A stretch of DNA of 44,553 nt from a virus, in the IMG/VR virus record IMGVR_UViG_3300037474_000099. The stretch is one strand, 5' to 3'. The first letter of the stretch is position 1; every line of letters begins with the position of its first letter. A program made the position numbers and the translations under genes. The notes under the pieces were generated by a model, which saw only the letters and a program-made list of their open reading frames with translations, was not told where the DNA came from and made no database searches. Shown here piece by piece: positions 40,175 through 44,553 of this stretch.

Positions 40175-41085
40175 TATAAAATCCTATAAGTAAAATGAAT
40201 TGAAAACATTGAACTAGAACTTGAATTAGCATTAAAATCAAACCTGGCTCTATCATTAGTCGTATCAGCATAGATTAGCCCCGAGCCAGCACTTTGAGAT
40301 ATACCTATGCCGGCACATTCTCCTATATTAGCAAAATTAGATGCTAATGGTAACGATATTCCGATTGTAGTACTAGTGCCCGCAGCTGTCGTAGGGTCTA
40401 TATCTAATACTCCTGATACTGTAACTTTATCTCCAACTCGTAAATATTGAAATGATCCATATGATAAAGCTGTAGAATCAATATTTGTTGTATTATTAAT
40501 AGTAGGACTATAAGTATTATCTGCTAAAGTAACTGAATTAGTTAAAGTTATAGTTTTACCTGTATTTGCAACTCCAGTTCCACCATATTGTCCAGCTATA
40601 ACTCCAGCATTCCATGTACCTGTAGTAATAGTACCAATTGAAGCTAAACTTGATAAAGTTGTTACTGCAGTATTAACTAAAGTCCCAGTAGTAGGTAAAG
40701 TTACATTTGTAGTACCACTAGTAGTAAGAGTTAAGCTATTAGCTCCAGAGGTAGTAAAATTGCCTCCAAGAGTTATAGTTTTACCTGTATTTGCAACTCC
40801 AGTTCCACCATATTGTCCAGCTATAACTCCAGCATTCCATGTACCTGTAGTAATAGTACCAACTGTAGTTAATGCTATATTACCAGCTAAAGGAGATCCT
40901 CCTAAATTTGATAATGAAATTGGTTTATTAGCAACATCAGATAAATTATTAATAGCTAATAAAGTATCAGATGTAACTAATTTAGTAAAATCTAAAAAAT
41001 ATTGTGCCCAAATTGGACTAAGTAGTTGAGTTCTAGAATCAACTAAAGCTGTATTTAACGGTATCTGTTTAGTATTAAATGCCAT
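40174..41085 (-). CDS. Tail fibre-like protein C (303 aa) with an internal 75-codon duplication
   Basis: GTITTGTWNAGVIAGQYGGTGVANTGKTITL occurs twice. Shares the [24 protein letters not shown] block with fibre B. Confidence 0.7.
   Translation of the reverse strand: MAFNTKQIPLNTALVDSRTQLLSPIWAQYFLDFTKLVTSDTLLAINNLSDVANKPISLSNLGGSPLAGNIALTTVGTITTGTWNAGVIAGQYGGTGVANTGKTITLGGNFTTSGANSLTLTTSGTTNVTLPTTGTLVNTAVTTLSSLASIGTITTGTWNAGVIAGQYGGTGVANTGKTITLTNSVTLADNTYSPTINNTTNIDSTALSYGSFQYLRVGDKVTVSGVLDIDPTTAAGTSTTIGISLPLASNFANIGECAGIGISQSAGSGLIYADTTNDRARFDFNANSSSSSMFSIHFTYRIL
40546..40862. repeat. Perfect 92-nt direct repeat (40546-40637 and 40771-40862), in frame, 225 nt apart
   Basis: Base-by-base comparison of the two copies showed them identical. 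Confidence 0.9.
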
Positions 41086-42554
41086 TAATCTTGTCCAATA
41101 CTGCCGTGTGCTACTGCTTCTTGTACCATAAAATCTATAGGATCAGAAATCGCTATAGCGATCGTCCACTGCCTAGCAGTGCCTAATTTTCTTATTCTTG
41201 CCCTTTCTAAAAATTTTCCAGTTTGTCCTAAAACAATAAGACGCTCACTGGAAAAAGATAAACCATTATCTTTTGAATATTTAAACATTAACCGAGGAAC
41301 CGATCCTTGTCCGGATAAAACAGCTTGACCCGAATTAAAATCAAATTCAACACTAGAAACATCAATTTGGGCTTTTTCTTGCCCGAACGTTTTACTAATT
41401 CTAGATCTAATAATTACATTATTATTTTCAGTGAAAGAAGAATAATTTTCTTTAAACACATTACCAGAATATACATCAGCAAATAAATTAACTCCATTAA
41501 AATTACAGGAATGACGTCCTCTAAATTTACTATAAACAAAGTCACCATTAGAATCTTGCATTGGCTGTGTACTTTGTCTTTCATGCCAAATCTTGGTTTG
41601 AACATCATATACAAAAGTAGTATTTAAATCTGGTACAGTTAAATAATATAAAACATGACCATCTTTTGTATGTTGCATAAAAGAATAAGAATCTCTTAAA
41701 GAATTAGATTTATTTATATTCCATGTTATCGAAAAAGGAGAGACAGGAACACATGATTGTCCGTCATAATAATAAATCTGAGCTTCTCCATCTTTTTCTC
41801 TTCCTAAAAACATAAAACCATCATTCCAAGTAGATAATGTTTCTGGAGCTACTAATCCGACAAATACAGTAGAACGAGGTAAACGAATCCAAGGAGTACT
41901 TCCGTCATTATAATACGTTTCAATAGTTTCTGACGTGAAATTGAACGTTTGTTCTTTAAATGTCGTAACCGCGATTGTGGGAGCAGGTCTGGATGTAGGA
42001 CTATAAACATTTAAACTACTCCAATTATTTAACATATCATTCGACGTACAGAAATAAACTGCGTCATCGGCTGTAATAAATGTATATCCATCAGTAAACG
42101 CTACTGATGTTACATGATTAGGAAATTGTACTGACGTAATTTGCGTCAATATATTAGTAGATAAATCTAATACATAACTTGCATTATAATGAAATATACC
42201 CAATTGATTATTAGCATTCGCCACCATCCAAACTTTAGTAGATCCAGTACCTATATTAGTTAAAGATCCACGTAAAATAACTACACTTCCATTATTAGTT
42301 AATTCATACAGTTTATCATCAACTACTGTAAAACAACGATTACTTAATCCATGAACTTGAGTAACCCATATTCCTCTATTATATCTGCCAGGAATAGAAC
42401 TGTATAAATCTAGACCAGGAGTTGGAAATAATGCCACCATGGTTTTATTTTTTTCTTCGGCAGTAGAAGGAACAGGATAAAAATTAATAGTACGTTGGCT
42501 ATTGAAATTTTTATATTTGTGTTGATATGATCCGCCAATTAAATCGATAATCAT
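41085..42554 (-). CDS. Tail hub protein, P22 gp10-like (packaged-DNA stabilisation / tail tube) (putative)
   Basis: The N-terminal pattern ...YKNFNSQRTINFYPVP......LFPTPGL.....G..RG......N.CF.VVDDKLYEL resembles the P22 gp10 N-terminus as I recall it. 489 aa and beta-rich. Confidence 0.5.
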   Translation of the reverse strand: MIIDLIGGSYQHKYKNFNSQRTINFYPVPSTAEEKNKTMVALFPTPGLDLYSSIPGRYNRGIWVTQVHGLSNRCFTVVDDKLYELTNNGSVVILRGSLTNIGTGSTKVWMVANANNQLGIFHYNASYVLDLSTNILTQITSVQFPNHVTSVAFTDGYTFITADDAVYFCTSNDMLNNWSSLNVYSPTSRPAPTIAVTTFKEQTFNFTSETIETYYNDGSTPWIRLPRSTVFVGLVAPETLSTWNDGFMFLGREKDGEAQIYYYDGQSCVPVSPFSITWNINKSNSLRDSYSFMQHTKDGHVLYYLTVPDLNTTFVYDVQTKIWHERQSTQPMQDSNGDFVYSKFRGRHSCNFNGVNLFADVYSGNVFKENYSSFTENNNVIIRSRISKTFGQEKAQIDVSSVEFDFNSGQAVLSGQGSVPRLMFKYSKDNGLSFSSERLIVLGQTGKFLERARIRKLGTARQWTIAIAISDPIDFMVQEAVAHGSIGQD

Positions 42555-43507
42555 TTATTATCTATTCCTATATTTAAATCTTCAATATCTGAATCAAAAG
42601 ATTCTAATTCTGCCCTTAATTGTTCAGCAATAGGTTTAATCATTTGTAACTTTTCAGTTTTATCATAAGGAATGCATAATTCTGCTGCTAAACCCATATA
42701 TATAGCTGGTAACCATTCTTGCGGTAAATCAACTGTTTCATTAGAATTAACTATGTCTTGAATACAGTCATAATAAGAAAAATTAATAACTGTAGAACAA
42801 GTATCTGGACATGGAAATAGATATAATGTTCCAGTATATGGTAATGAATTATTAATTAATCGATCATAATAGAAATTACACGGTCTACCTACTGTAGTTT
42901 TTAACGGCATGTTAAAATATTCATCGTAGGATATATCACCAATTTGTACTTCTGAATTATTATTTTTTAAATCACAAGACGTCGCTCTAATAATTTCTAA
43001 TGGACGATTAATTTTAGATGTATAAGCTACGACAGTATTAGTACTATCAGCGTCTACAGTTAAAGTATCTGCAAAACTAATAGTAGATACACCTTTAGTA
43101 GTTATAGTACTCCATTGACGTGTTCCGTCATTTACTTCAATCCCGATATTCATACCAATTTCAAAATTAGAATTGTCATCTACACTTATTATATTATTAC
43201 CAATAATAGAAGTAGATGTTAGAGTAGTATTAACATATGACGATGTACAATGGTCGGATCCTGATACTGAACCTATATTATATGAATAACTATTAGCATC
43301 GGTAAATAATGTTGCTTGACGTCTTTTCCATAATCTAATGCCTTTAATTTCCCATGATTTAAGCATAAGATTTAATTTTTTTAAGGCATATTCATAATCT
43401 TCATTTTCAATAGTTGAACCTAAATCATATATATTAGATTCTTGAAAAGCCATTTCAATTATTTGTAATGTATTTAAATTAAATGTATAAGTTCCACTTG
43501 TTGCCAT
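42551..43507 (-). CDS. Head-to-tail adaptor, P22 gp4-like N-terminal region (putative)
   Basis: IIEMAFQESNI...EDYEYALKKLNLMLKSWEIKGIRLW resembles the gp4-family pattern (A.rkLg....e...a...LN.M..eW...Gi). Lies immediately upstream of the hub gene. Confidence 0.45.
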   Translation of the reverse strand: MATSGTYTFNLNTLQIIEMAFQESNIYDLGSTIENEDYEYALKKLNLMLKSWEIKGIRLWKRRQATLFTDANSYSYNIGSVSGSDHCTSSYVNTTLTSTSIIGNNIISVDDNSNFEIGMNIGIEVNDGTRQWSTITTKGVSTISFADTLTVDADSTNTVVAYTSKINRPLEIIRATSCDLKNNNSEVQIGDISYDEYFNMPLKTTVGRPCNFYYDRLINNSLPYTGTLYLFPCPDTCSTVINFSYYDCIQDIVNSNETVDLPQEWLPAIYMGLAAELCIPYDKTEKLQMIKPIAEQLRAELESFDSDIEDLNIGIDNK

Positions 43508-43508
43508 T

Positions 43509-43883
43509 TTATTGTCCCCAAATTATAGGAGATTGATTCCACAACGATGCAATATTCTGCCAAAGAGTTGTTCCATTACTAGTAGGATTGTAATTCATCG
43601 GATCAAATACTTCAATATTAAAAGGTAATATTACAGTAGGTACATCATTAGGTGTAGTTACATAATGATTAATTCTTGTTTGATTAACTATTTCTTTTTC
43701 TTGAACTGCATAAGGAACAGTTCCATAATCTATTTTATCGACGTCATCAGGACATACTAACAATTTCCCATGTCCGGTATATAAATCTAGTATGGTTGCT
43801 TCTGAGTATTTACATGGTCTCGCGCATATTTGACAATATATTATATAATCATCTAATTTTAATTTATTAGTTTTATTATTCAT
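43509..43883 (-). CDS. Cys-rich 124-aa protein following fibre B; paralogue of 662..1042
   Basis: See 662..1042. Confidence 0.55.
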   Translation of the reverse strand: MNNKTNKLKLDDYIIYCQICARPCKYSEATILDLYTGHGKLLVCPDDVDKIDYGTVPYAVQEKEIVNQTRINHYVTTPNDVPTVILPFNIEVFDPMNYNPTSNGTTLWQNIASLWNQSPIIWGQ

Positions 43884-44553
43884 TATGGTAAATATTCTTT
43901 AATTATAATTGAAGATGTAAATACACCTCCTAATTTAGCAGCTCCAGATTCTCCATTAATTGTTACAGTAGTTCCTCCACCAGAATTAGTACCGACTCGT
44001 ACTCTAAAAGTTGTACTTGACGTAGTACCTGCGGTCATAGTATATTGAAGTTTTGCTTGAGTAAGACTTGCTGCCATTTGTACATATGACGCTGTTAAAG
44101 CATTAGCAGTGGCATCTTGAAAAAGAGCTGAAATAGCATATGCCCCTGCTCCAGAACCGCCGACATTAATAAGAGCTGTTATTTCTAATATATTATTACT
44201 ATTAGTTGGCGTAATAGATCTGGTCATAATCTCAGTTCCTTCGGAGATTTGAGGGATTGTGTTATCAGCTGGAGTATTAGCAGTTGTAGTTGACATTGTT
44301 GTATTTAAAGTTGAAACTATTTGTACAAGTTTACCGCTAGGTATTGACCATGTACCGTCACCTCTCCAAAAGGTTGAACTTGAAGCTGAAGTACCACTAT
44401 TAAGATTATTTACACTTAAGTTTCCGGTTATACCAGTACTTAAGGGTAATCCGGTACAATTAGTTAAAGTACCACTTGAAGGAGTACCTAAAGCTGGAGT
44501 TACAAGAGTAGGAGACGTAGCAAAAACTAAAGCTCCAGATCCAGTTTCATCTG
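43883..44553 (-). CDS. Tail fibre B, C-terminal part (continuation of 658..1 across the circular join)
   Basis: The frame stays open from 44553 down into track ORF 43883..44296 (44512-44296 = 216 nt, in frame). It encodes ...[50 protein letters not shown].... The C-terminal domain is homologous to that of fibre A. Confidence 0.8.
   Translation of the reverse strand, partial: DETGSGALVFATSPTLVTPALGTPSSGTLTNCTGLPLSTGITGNLSVNNLNSGTSASSSTFWRGDGTWSIPSGKLVQIVSTLNTTMSTTTANTPADNTIPQISEGTEIMTRSITPTNSNNILEITALINVGGSGAGAYAISALFQDATANALTASYVQMAASLTQAKLQYTMTAGTTSSTTFRVRVGTNSGGGTTVTINGESGAAKLGGVFTSSIIIKEYLP
44512..44553. repeat. 42-nt terminal overlap with nt 1-42 (circular-assembly closure)
   Basis: gagacgtagcaaaaactaaagctccagatccagtttcatctg is present at both ends. 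Confidence 0.95.

Noticed and set aside
44512-44553. 42-nt end duplication as a genuine direct terminal repeat or cos end
   Set aside because: It lies inside an open reading frame that continues in frame across the join. Its length looks like an assembler overlap. I therefore interpret it as circular closure, not as physical termini.
1-44553. Prophage, integration or lysogeny features, tRNA genes and CRISPR arrays
   Set aside because: No integrase, recombinase, CI/Cro-like HTH or att-like flanking repeats were recognised. No tRNA-like T-arm (GTTCRANYC) context was found in the non-coding regions I read. No regularly spaced repeat-spacer array is present.

Overview
The window reads as one complete, circularly closed, visibly AT-rich dsDNA phage genome. 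Nt 1-42 are identical to 44512-44553, so the unique length is 44,511 bp. The join lies inside a tail-fibre gene that stays in frame across it. I found no integrase, phage RNA polymerase, tRNA, CRISPR array or reverse transcriptase. TGA is used as a stop codon, Shine-Dalgarno sites are common, and several near-consensus sigma70-type promoters are present, so host RNAP and genetic code 11 are assumed.

The genome has three parts.

(1) Minus-strand late arm. It runs from about 12.85 kb leftwards, through the numbering origin, to 32.1 kb. In order it carries small TM peptides, a GTA-type 3TM holin-like protein, TerS, TerL, portal, a GroES-like protein, scaffold, major capsid, an Ig-like decoration protein, two paralogous tail-fibre cassettes, a P22 gp4-like adaptor, a gp10-like hub, a third fibre, a GNAT, Q/N/A-rich ejection proteins, a YkuD_2 L,D-transpeptidase-like protein and a fourth fibre. 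This is podovirus-like.

(2) Plus-strand early/middle arm, 15.2-32.1 kb. It carries a battery of 44-56 aa ORFs, ClpP, primase, DnaB-like helicase, a PolA split into exo and pol ORFs, SSB, ZBD-less ClpX, FEN, endonuclease VII, an operon ending in a truncated SbmA/BacA-like membrane protein, a DEDD exonuclease, a dNTP diphosphohydrolase-like protein, DUF1937, a secreted trypsin-like protease and a signal-anchored glucosaminidase endolysin.

(3) An ORF-poor control region of about 4.2 kb (12.0-16.2 kb) between the arms. It holds promoters, intrinsic terminators, candidate small RNAs, iterons, palindromes and orphan mini-ORFs.

The most interesting candidates are:
- a lambda PR'/tR'-like terminated-leader gate in front of the late operon, with a convergent antisense promoter;
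- the compositionally distinct repeat-rich island at 13.6-15.3 kb;
- a phage-borne ClpP/ClpX pair;
- the SbmA/BacA-like operon;
- mosaic, gene-converted multi-fibre cassettes.

All functional calls rest on motif recognition by eye. No database search was run.
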